A stretch of DNA of 64,000 nucleotides, from positions 496,001-560,000 of the forward strand of contig OZ374565.1 in assembly GCA_977862235.1 (NCBI GenBank). Reading direction: 5' to 3'. Shown here piece by piece: positions 23,201 to 35,896 of the stretch. Under the pieces are notes generated by a model that had not been told where the DNA came from, ran no database searches, and saw nothing but the letters and a program-made list of their open reading frames with translations. Position 1 is the stretch's first letter, and every line of letters starts with the position of its first letter. Origin of the DNA: Dudresnaya verticillata. Its lineage: Eukaryota. The position numbers and the translations under genes are program-made.

Positions 23201-25367
23201 GCTTATCAGTAACTACTCTCCCGTCTCTCCTTGACCGCTTCCGACCTTCTTACGGCCCCATTCCTGTGCACGTGTGTTGATGGACGCTCGTCCTCTGTCA
23301 CCCAGCTCATCCCACCCTTGGGGTGCCGCGGAGCCGTGGCACAGTCGCATGCGCCCGGGACACGTCCCCTATGACTCAAAACTGCGTCTCCTCACTCTTT
23401 AAACTCTCTTGTATTGCACTACCTGGCCGTTTCGGTCAATTGCCGTAAGCTAGATAGCTATGATAGTTCTGATTGTTAAGCTCCCCTAGAGGCTAAAGGG
23501 TTACTTCGTTATATCCATAAAGTCTTTCACTAAAACTAAAGTTTCAAACGCATGAAAATAATGTGTTTTCGGTTGATGGCGAAGTCTTTTACCATCTCTA
23601 GGGAAAGGGACCATGCGTTGAGCACGCACTGTCCTGTCCCTCCAAGAACGCCCGGCGCCTGCCCTAGGAATGTAGTTTTTTACCATCCAGGCTATCCCTC
23701 AGCTGTTCATGGATCACAACCCGGCCCCACGCAAAGCACCACAACACCTATAAGGTCCTCGTACTGTACAATCATGATGAAAGCCAATTCCAATCCTACT
23801 GAAACCATAGCAGCTTCTCGATGAACGTTATCCGCTGACTGTCCGGCTTTCGGTACTATGAACGCCTGTCGGCCGTTCGCAACCATGTCTTTCACTAAGC
23901 GAGTTTCAGAAGAAGGGTCTTCTGGAGCTCGCAATGCTTCTCAAGTATGGAATACCGTGGCCAAGATGTGTCTTGGTGCTCCCTTCTTCTCAGGTACTTT
24001 TCTCTACCCTGCTGTGCTACTGGAAATGTTATACCAATCTCACTTCTCGGTGATAGCGAGTCTGTGAACTCGCCGGTTGGCTTACATACCGTTTTGCATT
24101 TTCGAGGGAATGAGCACTGCGCGGTCACCGTTTCAATTTCCGGCGGACAGGCCTGGTTGGCCAGGCCCAATCTCAACACCCGGCTGTGTCAAATCGGCAC
24201 AGTCTTTTTCCCCTCTCGCGACGGACCTTACTGCACGGTTTACTTCTCACTTGCTTCTCTATCAATCGCTGGCAATTAATCACCATCATCATGCCGTTCC
24301 TCTTGGCCCGCTAGACTCTGGGGCGTTCTAGGCCTACTAATTCTCCTTTCTGAATAAAATTCTCCGTTTCTCAGGACCATTGAACAGTCTTTAAAACAGG
24401 TGCAGTGTTGACTATCGCTCTGTTCTGGGTCCCGACCCCCCTGCCCGACCATAACGTGAACACCACCGCCCCTCTCGTCCATGCTCTTACCCTCCAAAGA
24501 ATCCCGGCAGAGTCACCGCCATGTTCCACACATCCATTGAATCTGAAGCAGAGCAAGACCTACGCGGAGATTTTTGCGGAATGACTACCCCAAGATACTG
24601 GATTCTGGTTCGGTGTTGGATCACTTGTTTATTCAGGCGGAACGGCAACCTGTTGGTGGGCTACGGTGGAGCGAAGGGAGCCGTATTGCGCACTTAGGGA
24701 AGGACCATTGCATTCCCATCCTCGAAGCCCATGACTGACTGGCAGCAGTAAGCTCGCAGGCATGCCAAGACATGCAACATAGTTATTTCTTGATTTGTTA
24801 CTGCAACCGTCAGAGCCACAACCATTTCTGAACAGAGCGCATCTTACGTTGGAAACATAACTGTATCCGGTGCGGAGTGAGGGCGGACTCGATTTCGAAG
24901 GTCAGTGCTCGTTATTGGACATGCGAAGGAGCAGTTTTATCTGGGCGGGTTGCGAAGTTCTACCTATCTGACGACGGCTTGCGTTTTCATAAGAGAGATG
25001 TGATGCAAATCGGTCTCGTTCATTGCACTTCGCAGTTCCGCTCTCCATTCAATTTGGCCCGCTCGCCGTATCGTGTAGGTACTACAGCTGAGAGTGAATT
25101 CACTGCCGAAGAGCATACAGTGACAGCGCTCAGGGGATTGAAAGCTGACGTTCAAAGACATCCCCATTCAATTCCAAGCCAAACGCAGGCCTGTTCGACA
25201 CGCATACCCAAACGCTCATCGCTCCACGGAGCAACACACCAAGCCTTTGTTGAAAGGCCTTCGCAAGCCGCAAAGTTGGATACGCTTTCAAGCTCCCGCA
25301 GCTCGGGAGCATAAGCGTGCGTTTGCCGTCGGTCTTACGTTCTCCACTTCGCCGTCAATTTCATCCA

Positions 25368-25474
25368 ACCGTCTCTCCCTTACCCCAGCCCCTTACTCTA
25401 AAAGTATTGTAGTTTATTGTAGGCACCCGTCTCTCCCTTACCCCAGCCCCTTACTCTAATAGTATTGTAGTTTA
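25368..25474. repeat. Short tandem duplication (about 48-bp unit, two copies)
   Basis: ccgtctctcccttaccccagccccttactctaa(a/t)agtattgtagttta occurs twice. Confidence 0.85.
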
Positions 25475-25915
25475 AGTGTTTGAGGCTATTACAACGGGGT
25501 TGCACTGCTAAAATAACAGCAGGAACAGCAGGGGGCTCCTAATGGACTTGTCACGGGACTGGTCCCTAGCAAGGATGATCCAGCCAGGGACGCACCCAGC
25601 ATCGCGAGTGAAAGCGAAAGCGAAACTAAAAGAGTGAGTTACAGATACGTAATCACTTATAACGGGCACGCGGGTAAGCACGTTTCGAAGGTGAGAGAGA
25701 AAGCACAGTGGACTGAAGCTTTGAGTAGGGCCAGTGGCAATAGTGCCAGTACAGAACAATTTTACAAGAGATGGGAAGTGATCGTGCGAAGGCATGTGCA
25801 GCAAACGGGGATTGCCAGTTAACGTGGAAAATAGCGATCAAGATCAGAAACAAATATCTATCCCCTTCCTCGTCACTTTCATTATCGTCAATACTCTCCA
25901 TTGTGGGCGCTTCAG

Positions 25916-26566
25916 TCAACGAGTCTCGCAACGGAAGGACTCAACTATGTCCGTCCACTCGGTTACATCTATGATTCCCACGTAATCGGGATCGAAGATA
26001 TCCGCGCACTCCTGCATTTCCTCCTCAAAGCGTCTCTCCGTTTCACACTTGGTCGCGAGGGTGAGGTCAGTCCACCAGGTGCGCCACTCGCCATTGGCGC
26101 CGCGAAACGCACGGATATGGCGAAGATCGAGGTTGTCGTGAAGCCATTTGGCCTTGTGCAGAACGCGAAGACCGTCCATGGCGGACTCCTTCACCATATG
26201 GGAATCTTCCGGGGTGAGCTGCTCTTCTCCAACGAATAGAATTCCTTCTTCCATACTGACGGGGTTGCCGACATGCTCGGTGATGAGTATGTTACCGCAA
26301 TAGTTGTATGCGCCTGCGGCCAGAAGAGGCGGGATGACGTTTCCAACCATGCCGGGCACGCGGGAGAGCATGCGGTAGTTATAGATCTCTTGATCAAGGA
26401 GGTCGCTGAGGTAGGTTCTGCCATCCGACAGGGCCAGCTTGACCACAGCAAGGGCGTCTTCAACGGGAAGGGACTGGACAATGTTGCTCTCCGACGTGCG
26501 CCCCCAAACTTGATCAGATATATTCCCGAGCTGCTCGCGCAAGGATGCGCACGGGACCGGGTCCAT
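25916..26566 (-). CDS. Atypical protein-kinase-like fold protein, probably a pseudokinase (216 aa)
   Basis: AVVKLA (VAIK-like), downstream E, ILITEHVG hinge, LRVLH..WLHDNLDLRHI (catalytic-loop position), WWTDLTLA (DFG position). Confidence 0.6.
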   Translation of the reverse strand: MDPVPCASLREQLGNISDQVWGRTSESNIVQSLPVEDALAVVKLALSDGRTYLSDLLDQEIYNYRMLSRVPGMVGNVIPPLLAAGAYNYCGNILITEHVGNPVSMEEGILFVGEEQLTPEDSHMVKESAMDGLRVLHKAKWLHDNLDLRHIRAFRGANGEWRTWWTDLTLATKCETERRFEEEMQECADIFDPDYVGIIDVTEWTDIVESFRCETR

Positions 26567-29500
26567 ACTTTTTGTGTCGCTGCGCCAACGTGATTGGCGG
26601 GGAGTGGCTAGGGGGCTGCGGCGTCCGGGGGCGTGGGGCAGGGCGAGAGTTGGTAGAGGCGAGCAGCAGGCGGAGGTAGTGGGCGGTCGAACTTGCGGCT
26701 AAAGGGGCATGGGGCGGGGTGAGAGTTGGAAGAGGCGAGCAGCAGGCGAAGGCGCAGCAGGCGAAGGCGCAGCAGGTGGAGGTAGCGCGGGGTCGAGCTT
26801 GCGGCTAAAGGGGCATGGGGAGGGGTGAGAGTTGGTAGAGGCGCGCAGCAGGCGGAGGTAGCGGGCGGTCGAACTTGCGGCCAAAGGGGCGTTGAATGGG
26901 ACCTGGCGTGCGAAGTGTGCGACTGTGGGTGACAGGGCGAGCAGATCAAGTACCTGCGATGGTGGAGCTCCATGATAGAGCGGCGAGCGACGACGCGTCG
27001 GGTGTGAAAGGTGAACCTCACCAGGGCAAGCGCACGGGCCCAAGAGGCAGGGTGCGGCGCCCGGCGACACTAGAGCCTGTGTTTTTGTGTGCACGTGCGG
27101 TCGCTGAATCTACGCTCATGGAAGCGGGGAACGGGAGCTCCCTACACAAGAACATGATGCGTACGACTGTACACCAGCTGCGTATGGATATTTTCGTTGA
27201 TGATCGTGGCTTTGCCCCACACCCCCATGGCTTTGATGTCTCGGTCGTCAGCCCCCGTTCTATTTGGCCATGTTAGATCCGGCTTTGAGCTTGGCGCCCA
27301 ACGTATTGCTAATTTCGTTGCCGCAAGTGCGGGTCCTCTCCGTCTACGGAGAAACTACGCCTCACTACTCGTTTACTCTCTTTACTTGTACAATGCGTCA
27401 CGGTGAGTGTCAATCGCCGGAAGCTAGCCCCATCGCCTCTTTACGGTAGCTCCCCTTAAGGGGCTTCTCTCTTCTTCTTTAATAAAGGTCTCTCTTTCTA
27501 CGACATACGCGTATGTACAACGCGATAGGGAAGCTACACAATTTAACAGCTTCCACGCATACGCTTGCCGAAGATCTCAGTCCAGTGGAACCGGTCATTC
27601 CCGTCCTTGCACACGTACATTCCAAAGTCAACAGCCTCTGGAAGTAGACATATGGCACGGTGTCCAGGCGAGTTCATGAATATTTCATGCACTCGCTCTG
27701 GCGTGGGGCTACTTATCGCCACATTCCCACCGACTTTCCAGAACACATACCCCTCCGTCTTGACCCTATTACTAACTCTAGTTCCACCCCTGCCCATATG
27801 CGATAAAATTTGCTTCCCCGCCTGGTACTCCTTGTGCTTCTTCGCAGCAATGGTGAGAGTAGAGCTCAACCGAACTGGGGCGAGATTCGCCTTGGCACGG
27901 TCTTTGTTGATGAGTGAAATCAGCTGGTTGGTCCACTCATTCAGTTGCGTAGTGTTGAGAGTAGTGATAGACCGACGGGAGGGCTCCCCTTTCCCTTTCT
28001 TGGCCGATCCGGCAATGATCGGCTGCTTCTTCTCGCTCTTCGGAAATCGCTCATCCTTGGAAGAACGGCAGCGCTTCTTGCAGCAGCAGCCACACTGCTT
28101 CTTGTCCTTGTCCATTTTCCTCGAGTACCGGTTGAAGTCGACAGTCGAGTTGAGGTTGTTTTTCGAGGAGCGTGAGGGAGAGCGGCTGAAGGGGGTTCGG
28201 AGGGGGCAGCCGAATTGAAATCTGGCGCCCACATGAAGTGGCGCTGGCAAGCCGCCGATCCTTGCAGATGTAGAGCATCAATTTTTCAAAAGAGTTGAAC
28301 GGGCCTCTTTGGGGACTACCAACACACCCACCCACACCGCCCCCACACACACTCACACACACCAACACACACGCACACGAACACGCACACACACACACGG
28401 ATAAGGACGCAGGGATCGTCGCGGCTGTTGACCCTCCTGTCGAGAGACCCTATGCTTTTTGAGTGGGAGTTTTGTCCAAAACTTTGGAGTCGTCGATGAC
28501 AAAGTTGCGCGTGGGCTTTCCCTTCGAAGGCTTGGAAGCAGTTGGTGACTTTGCGAAGTCTGCAATCAGATCCAATTCTCTCTTCATCGTATCTCAGCAA
28601 AACGTAGTCATTCAGGGACAAAGACTGTCGATCTCGTTCAACATCTGCAGATTGCTCAACCCTTCACTGTTGTGATTCGAGTATCCATCCAACGAAGAAA
28701 GAACGGCTGACACCCGAAGGTTACTGAGGGGAGATAACTGCAGCCAAGCGTGAGGCGAAAGTACTGAGAATGTTGCCGAAAAGTTCAGGCTACTGATGCG
28801 GAATGTAAAGCTACCATGTAGCTGAAGCAGGGGTGGGCCGTCTAGTCGCCAAGATATTGGAGGCTTCCGCAATTTTTTGTCGCCATGCGAAAAGCAAAGC
28901 AGTCTACGTTGTCTGGCGCATTGGAACCTCCAAGTGTATTGCACCAAGGCAGATAGGAGCACCACTGGTAGGCGGCGAGATCGCAAGCCATGCACGGCGA
29001 GGGGGCCATTCACCTTCGCACGGGGCCGGTAGAGCAGTGAGGCGCTTTGAGGATCGTCGGGACGAAGCAAGTAACAGAAGTGGCCTTAACAGCGGGGAGA
29101 GAGCGTGTCAGTTTTGGAGAAGTTTTGCGGGGCTTATCGCTTCGTCGTATGTGTGGAACGTACGGAAACAATATCGCACAGGCGCACAACCGGATGCGAC
29201 GGCGTCGAGGCAGCCGACCTGATGCGCTTCAGCAGCGATTAACACCGCGCATAATCCGGTGTTGCATTCAGGCGGATCACAGGGTGGCGGGTGGCGGTAA
29301 CGCGAGTGGCACAAGAGCACGCAATCACGCCTTCCTTGGGCCGTGCGTGCCGCTCCTTGCAGTGCCAGGCCCCCTCGACAACGCATAATTTTTGAAAATG
29401 GCGCATGAATTGTAATGTAATATTTCCTGAAAGTTGGAAATGTTAGTCGAAATGTGTTGGAAAAGGCAACAAAGTGCGAAAACCTCAGAAGTCGGAATGG

Positions 29501-31474
29501 CACCCTGAATGTCGTTGACAGGTCCCAAACAACCCCACCGCTGTCACCATCCGGCAGGTCTGAGCGGGAAACGAGGGAGTTAACGCTCTCGCCTCGTGCT
29601 GCCCAGACCGGGAGGAGCGGGGAACAACATGCACATCTGTACATACGATCTGCTCAACGAACGCTGGCGAACGACGAACAGCACCCCGGTCTATCGCACT
29701 GGGCGTTTTGCTCCGTCCCTGGAGTTCATCTCGCCATCCAACTGTTTACCCGAAACGGGCCTCATCTCAGGACTTTCCGGATACCGCCGTCGGACCCGAC
29801 CGTTGCAGAAGCCGTCCACACTGTCGCCACCAGTCTCTAAGTCGACCCTGCCTACACATATCTCCAAGCTCCGCAAGTCGCTCATGCAAAGAAGATCTGG
29901 TACATTTTGATGGAGTGTGCGAGGAGTCCCAATCTGAATTTTAACAATCGCATTGACATTTGCTTTCACATCAAAGGCAGGACTAAGCGGAGCCAATCTG
30001 GAACGCTGATCTTTCGACCCTGTGCTGTCAATGGATGAGAGAATTTCCACACATCGGCAGCCCCAGACATCCTGATACTGAGCTATACAAGAAACTCAGA
30101 AGGAGAATCAGATTTCGAATGCTCGGGTTCAAACGTGGCTACAGATGCAGAAAGCAGCAAGATCAGATTTGCGCGCAGCGTCCTTTATGGCCGGAAGGCA
30201 TTTTACGCCGCATGCCATGTAACTCGAGAAGGTGTCAGCCTGGACATCGCCACTGCCCTCACTCAAGACTCCATCAACCTCGGGGACGATTAAGTGTGTG
30301 TCCCTGGCTTGGAACGCGTATACAGTCGAGTTGATCGAGATCGCCTTTTGGCTGTACCATATGTCGAGCTCAATTGCCCTCCAACGTTGCTTCTAAGATC
30401 AGCTGATCAATATGAGCAACGATGTTATCCACAGTCGGCGACTTGATTAACTACAGTGCGAGAGGGATGGAGGCGTACAAGGATTTCCCTTAAGCTGCGC
30501 ACAGCTTAACATCTACATCGACTGGATCACTGAAAACATTTGCCGTCACTTGAGTTGGGGTTGTGACAACCTCTCTGGTAGGCTGCCTGCAGGACATTAA
30601 TTGTTTCACCTCGACTCTCCGCTATCCATCAGGCTGGCAATACGGATCTGTGATAGGTGGGCAGCTGCCATTCGCAGCCTGCCAACAACATGATTTGGTC
30701 GCCAAGGAGGAATTCTCTACTCCTGCGTTCTCGGCACGCGCGTCGACCACTCCCCCAGCAAGTCTGGGTAGCGAGGCCTTTTACAGAGCTACAGGACTTA
30801 AAACTGGATTCTTGGACAAGGTTGTTGCGTGGAAGAAGACCAGCGCCGGCGTACCCAACGCCGCTTCGCCCCTGCTTTGGAACTATTCTGTCCCATTCGG
30901 TGTTTGCACGGCTACTACTGTGAAGGTGTTCCACTCGAGAGGTAGCAGATACGCCCTGTATAACCAGGTAGGTATGTCAAGAAGAGAAGTGATCGTTATC
31001 TGCTGGAAATGATGTTACTTCCTGAATTAACATCTATCCGATCACAGTCAAGCTGGCCGATATGGAGAGGTACCAGTACTGTTATTCAGCAACAATGCGC
31101 CGATTGTGATGCCCAGCACCTCATCTACTCTTCAACAGTGTGGACGAAGAGTGTAAGAAGATTGCTCAGCGCTAAAAAGGGCAAGGTACACCCTGTCCCA
31201 CGCGTCACAAGCTTGGAAGGCGACTTGTAACAGGCTCTTGATGATGTGGGAGTCCGGGAGACTGTCGGCCGGGAAGGACGATGGGAGACGGAAGAGGAAA
31301 ACTAATCTGCACGAAGAACAAGAACGAAAAGCTTCCAGGGTGTTCTAAGCTTCTAGGGTGTTCTCTGGAGGTCGCTTCGCAGAGTACGAGCACGACCAGA
31401 GAGCCTGTAATCTGCGGCACGATGCCCGAGTCCAAGCGGCACGGCCGTGGTCCATCGCATTGCGGCGGGCAATG
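26367..31474. repeat. Arm 1 of inverted segmental duplication B (partner 58253-64000, which runs off the window)
   Basis: Continuous reverse-complement identity from agcatgcggtagttatag (26367, matching the window end) to gcgggcaatg (31474, matching 58253). Confidence 0.95.
27543..28115 (-). CDS. CAP/SCP (PR-1/YkwD-like) domain protein with Cys/Lys-rich N-terminus (190 aa)
   Basis: LINKDRAKANLAPV...LTIAAKKH...LSH...VGGNVA...FMNSPGHRAICL...HWTEIFG. Start MDKDKKQ is shared with the paralogs. Confidence 0.85.
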   Translation of the reverse strand: MDKDKKQCGCCCKKRCRSSKDERFPKSEKKQPIIAGSAKKGKGEPSRRSITTLNTTQLNEWTNQLISLINKDRAKANLAPVRLSSTLTIAAKKHKEYQAGKQILSHMGRGGTRVSNRVKTEGYVFWKVGGNVAISSPTPERVHEIFMNSPGHRAICLLPEAVDFGMYVCKDGNDRFHWTEIFGKRMRGSC

Positions 31475-31744
31475 GACTGTTCTCAGGAGCGTGGCGCGCG
31501 ATTGCAGCGCCGAGGTGTTGCCGTTCTTCCTGTGCGAGCGCAATTCTGTTCGTTCGCGGAGAGTTGGCGTACGACTATCTTTACATTGTGCAAGCGCGGA
31601 TCGTCACACGGGTCAAAACAGCTTAAGAGGGCAAGCGCCTAGCATGCTTCGATGATCTACCACCCAAGTGTGGTTCCCCCCCTCCCTGGATATACCTATC
31701 AACAAGTCCGTTCTCCCTGGTTCTACCTAGATAGATATTTAGAT

Positions 31745-31943
31745 TCATTATCATCGTCACAAGTTTATTGAAGCAAGGCGAACAGTGGAAACCCCCTAAT
31801 GGCTTATCAACTGATGACTATTTAGATTTGTGTTTGTCTGAAACGTTCAGTTTGTCCAGGTCTTCCAATATTCATCAGCGGCTAAGTCATTAGGGTTTTC
31901 CGCTGTTCGTCTTGCTACAATAACGTTGCGATGATGATGATGA
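31745..31943. mobile_element. MITE-like fold-back: about 80-bp imperfect inverted repeats around a short spacer
   Basis: tcattatcatcgtcacaagtttattgaagcaaggcgaacagtggaaaccccctaatggc... pairs with ...gtcattagggttttccgctgttcgtcttgctacaataacgttgcgatgatgatgatga. Confidence 0.7.
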
Positions 31944-32919
31944 TCAACTTCTTATACAAACAAATCCAAAAGTGTTTGAACGGTGGCAAACCTGACAACA
32001 GCTTTTTTGTGCATCTTTGTAAAACCTGGATATGATTGATCTTCAATGACATTCTTCATCGCATGCTTGCAACACGATGTCATCTCGGGTCCTGGAACTT
32101 TCCAATACCCCCTTCGACCCCCGTTCAAACCTCGAGAGCTCTAGCGCTCCGCCCCACGATACATTTGCTCGCAGTCCAAACCTCGCCTGGCGACACTCGA
32201 CAGTATCGGTCACAGAATAGACCAAATTTGGCGCATCAGTCACTCTTCTCACCCCACGACCGCTCTGGGTTAGAATAGCACACAAGAATATCTGTATGCT
32301 TGTCTTAGTCCGTTAAATAATAGGCACCAGCTGCATAAGCCGACGAACACTCTAGATCCGGCTGCGTAATGTGTAACATCACTCTCCAACACACCCAACT
32401 GATTTCCCAAGTTATTTCCCGTCATCAATGGTTTCTGCTGTCTTGGCTACCGCGCCTCCCAACGAAATCCTTTTTCCTCTACATTGCAGCAATACTGCGA
32501 TATTATACTTACTCAGAGGCCCTCACTTCCGACGCGAACGCACATAATAAAAACTATCTTCAATGAAGCTTACTACCACAATATTTACTCTTTACGTGCA
32601 GCCTCGTTGTTGTACATGCAATACGTTTTCCACCCGAGCTCTATGTGGGGACTCTACGGTGATTTATTTTCATAACTTCTCGGGGAAAAGAAGATGGGAG
32701 GAATCAAAGGGCGGTCAAACACCAGTTTGTATCACAGTTCTAATTCAAGTCACAGCCTTTCGCTAGCACTGGTTGACATTGCGTGAAGCTAGGCATCTAA
32801 CACTGCTCCAACTGGAAGTCGAGCCAGGCATATTGAGTGTTTAATCTCTTACAAGCTGGTCGCTCGCACGGAGCAATGTATACTCTGAGAGTGACAAGGG
32901 TGACCCTGCAGCTAGCTTG

Positions 32920-33390
32920 TTGACACTCAGAAGATTGCCATAAATCTCTGTCCAGTAGAGCTGGTCATTCCCGCCCTTGCAGACGTACACTCCAATGAGT
33001 CTACCGACATCCACAATCTCACCGAATCTCGAGGACATATACCCTCCTTCTTGACGCTATCATTAATTCTAGTTCCATCCCTATCAACCAGGGATAACGT
33101 TTTTAGTTCCGCCTGGCACTCGGTGTGCCTCTTCGCAGCAATGGTGGGAGTAGAGCCCAACCGAACTGGGGCAACAATGGCCTTGGCACGGTATTTGTTG
33201 ACGAGTGAACTCAGCTTGTTGATCCGCTCATTCAGTTGCGTAGTGGTGAGAGTAGTGATAGCCCGCCTGGACGACTGTCCATACACCATGGATGGAGGGA
33301 GGGATTCATCCTCTTTCTTGGCTAGCGCATCAATGAAGGGCTGCTTCCTCTCGAACTTTGTACCTCGCTCAACCTCGGAGCTTGAGAAGT
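32920..33390 (-). pseudogene. CAP-domain pseudogene with internal deletion and frameshift
   Basis: AITTLTTTQLNE..NKLSSLVNKYRAKA..APVRL...RINDSVKKEG, then a frameshift to VYVCKGGNDQLYWTEIYG; the ENV..SPGH segment is missing. Its 3' flank resembles 57467-57500. Confidence 0.8.
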
Positions 33391-35896
33391 TTCACCGAAT
33401 GATACCGAATCAAATATGCAAAAAAGTGAGTATACGCGTTCAAGGTTATTCTCTCTAGCTTCAGCTAGAGTGTTTATCAAATTGGTCCTCTCCACGTGTA
33501 CACTTGTACGCTTTAGTTTCTTCTACTAAATAGGGTTTTTGCGGAATGAATTCATTTTGGTGCATACGTGTATACATGTGTATCCAGATTTGCTCACTCA
33601 GAAAATAACGCATTGCTGAAGCTAGAGTGAGGGCGAAGTACAAGCGTGAATCTTAAAATGGTCGGAATGCCGAAAACAACAGCAATTGTGCAGGCCCTAT
33701 GGACTAATTTGGCCGACTTGTCATCGACTTACCACCGTGAAGCAGTGGACTGTAGTGGTACCACAAACTAACTAGAAAATCACTGTGGTGCCTACGGAAC
33801 TATTTGTTTTCCCATTTGTAGTGTCCGCTTTCCCGAACATGTACAATGCAGCGGGAATGACAATGAGTCCTGATGGCGAGCTACTTGCTTTCGTCGCCAG
33901 GCAGGTGTTAAGCAGAGGTCCCAATGAAGATGAAGAGGTGATAAAGGACCATTTGGAGAAGTAAACGGAAGCATCAAGAAGGGAATAATAATTCGAGGCG
34001 AGCTACGAGGTCCAGGGATAGGTCCAGATTGGGACCTGTTGCAAGTTTGCGACTTGACGTTGCATTTCGGAGCTAGTAGAAAATAATCTCTGTTTCATGT
34101 TGTGCTTATGGCAGAGGGCAATGTGTTGCAAGGATGCTTCTCGAAGACGTTTTTGTGTGTCCGAATGGACTAGGTCTCAAGTACCTGAAGAAGGGCAGCT
34201 CTGCAAACCAATAAATAAGTGGTGGATTTGTTTTTCCCAATTGGTTGAATGTCGCTGGTCAGGACGCTTGTGGTTCTGGGGAAGAAGAACGGACTCCTTA
34301 AATACCAGAATATGCTGTCCCGTTCCATCCAATTTACGTTGGAATCCATTTGGCCCCAAGGAAGAGGTGCGTTTAGGTGCGCTGATTTTTCTAGAGCTAC
34401 TCCCTGGTCGAAAGCAGGAAAAGAAGATACCTATGCTCATATACCACATTATAGTGATGATGCGTAAATACCAAAGAAAGGCGTCCAGTTTCATCCTAAT
34501 TCAAGATGGAATCCACCTTGGCATGACGAAGCGGTGCGTTCTGGTTTGCTAATTTTGTAGAAGTACTCTTTAGTCATAGCAAAAAAAGAAGAGGCGAGAC
34601 AATCTTATCTCTTCACAGTTACAAAACTGGCTGCTCTGAACAGCGACCAGGACATTGTTAGCAATAGAGAATAGTATTAGCGAGTTGTGGGATATTCTGT
34701 TTGGGCTGTGATGCCCCACGGCTTGTTGCTTTAACGGGCTATGGTGGGTCTTCGTGTCATCCTCCCCCGATTGCGTTGGCATTCAAAACATTAGGTTTGT
34801 GGATTGCGAAAGTAATCGGACATCGGCTTTGAATTAGGCTTTGCTGGCAGCAAAGAATGGGACTAGTCTCCGCTGAGCGTACCACTCTTTAGTGCTACCT
34901 GATTGCATAATCGAAAGGCATATCGATGAGACAATCCACCAATATGGTGGAGGGGTGGAGCCATGTAGTCTAGTCGAGAGGTAGGCGGACAGTTGGTTAT
35001 GTTTAGTCCCATTCAAAAAGAAATTGAGCCAGTACAGTTGTGGTTCCTTCGGCTGTTGGTGTGGTAGACCTACACTGCATGTTTGACGGGCTGGAAGACT
35101 GCAGCCCATATATAGGAAGGACATCAAGGTAAAGTTGGTGGAAAAGACAGTAGAGATGAACCAACGGGCGCTCCACAACAACGAGATTGTGCAGTCGTGC
35201 AATCTGGCGACCCAAAGGAGCAACAATGAGCAGGGGCCTTACAGCCGTCTGACAGTGGCGAATGGGACCTGCTTTGGACGATGCCGTTATTTTTATTTGT
35301 TTTTTGATGCGCTGGAAGCACTCCGGTCTGTGCGCATGACGTGGCCCGAGGCGCGCGCGGCGACTCGGCGTGACGTGTAAGACGCAGTGCTGCGCATTAA
35401 AAGTGCGCGCCGCATTAATTCGCGCTAAATAATGCGGCTCCCGCCCGCGACGCTCCGTCCGACCGGCGCTGGCGCGCGCACCGTCACGCGCGCCCGTCAC
35501 GCGCTCCGCGCGCCTCGTGCGGCCCGAGAGGCGTCTCACGCGCACACTCTCACCGCTCACCGCGTCCGCAAGCCGAGCCCTCACTCGGCCTGCACGCCCA
35601 CTGCCACTGCCTCGCCCCCCCCTCCCCCACCGCTCCAGGCAGCCCCACCACCGCCTCGTCTTTGCCTTGGCGTATGCCATCACCGCAACCCACAGCCTGC
35701 CCGCCTCCAACCCCCTCCTCCTCCTCCTCCTCCTCCTCCTCCTCTTCCCCCTTCTCCGCCGTCCAAGAAACGCTCGTCGCCAAAGTGCGCACCGTCGCGC
35801 GCCCGCTTCTTCCTCTTCTTCTTCCTCATAACTGCAACCGCAACCGCAACCACAAGCACCCACACACCCACACACCGCACCCACGCAGCAAGAAGC

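Noticed and set aside
21100..24900. Possible very old retroelement remnants (degenerate zinc-knuckle-like stretch near 22430-22490)
   Set aside because: Too decayed to support by eye.
28600..31400. Short ORFs shared by both arms of duplication B
   Set aside because: Similarity reflects recent duplication; frames are broken differently in the two copies and no domain is recognisable.
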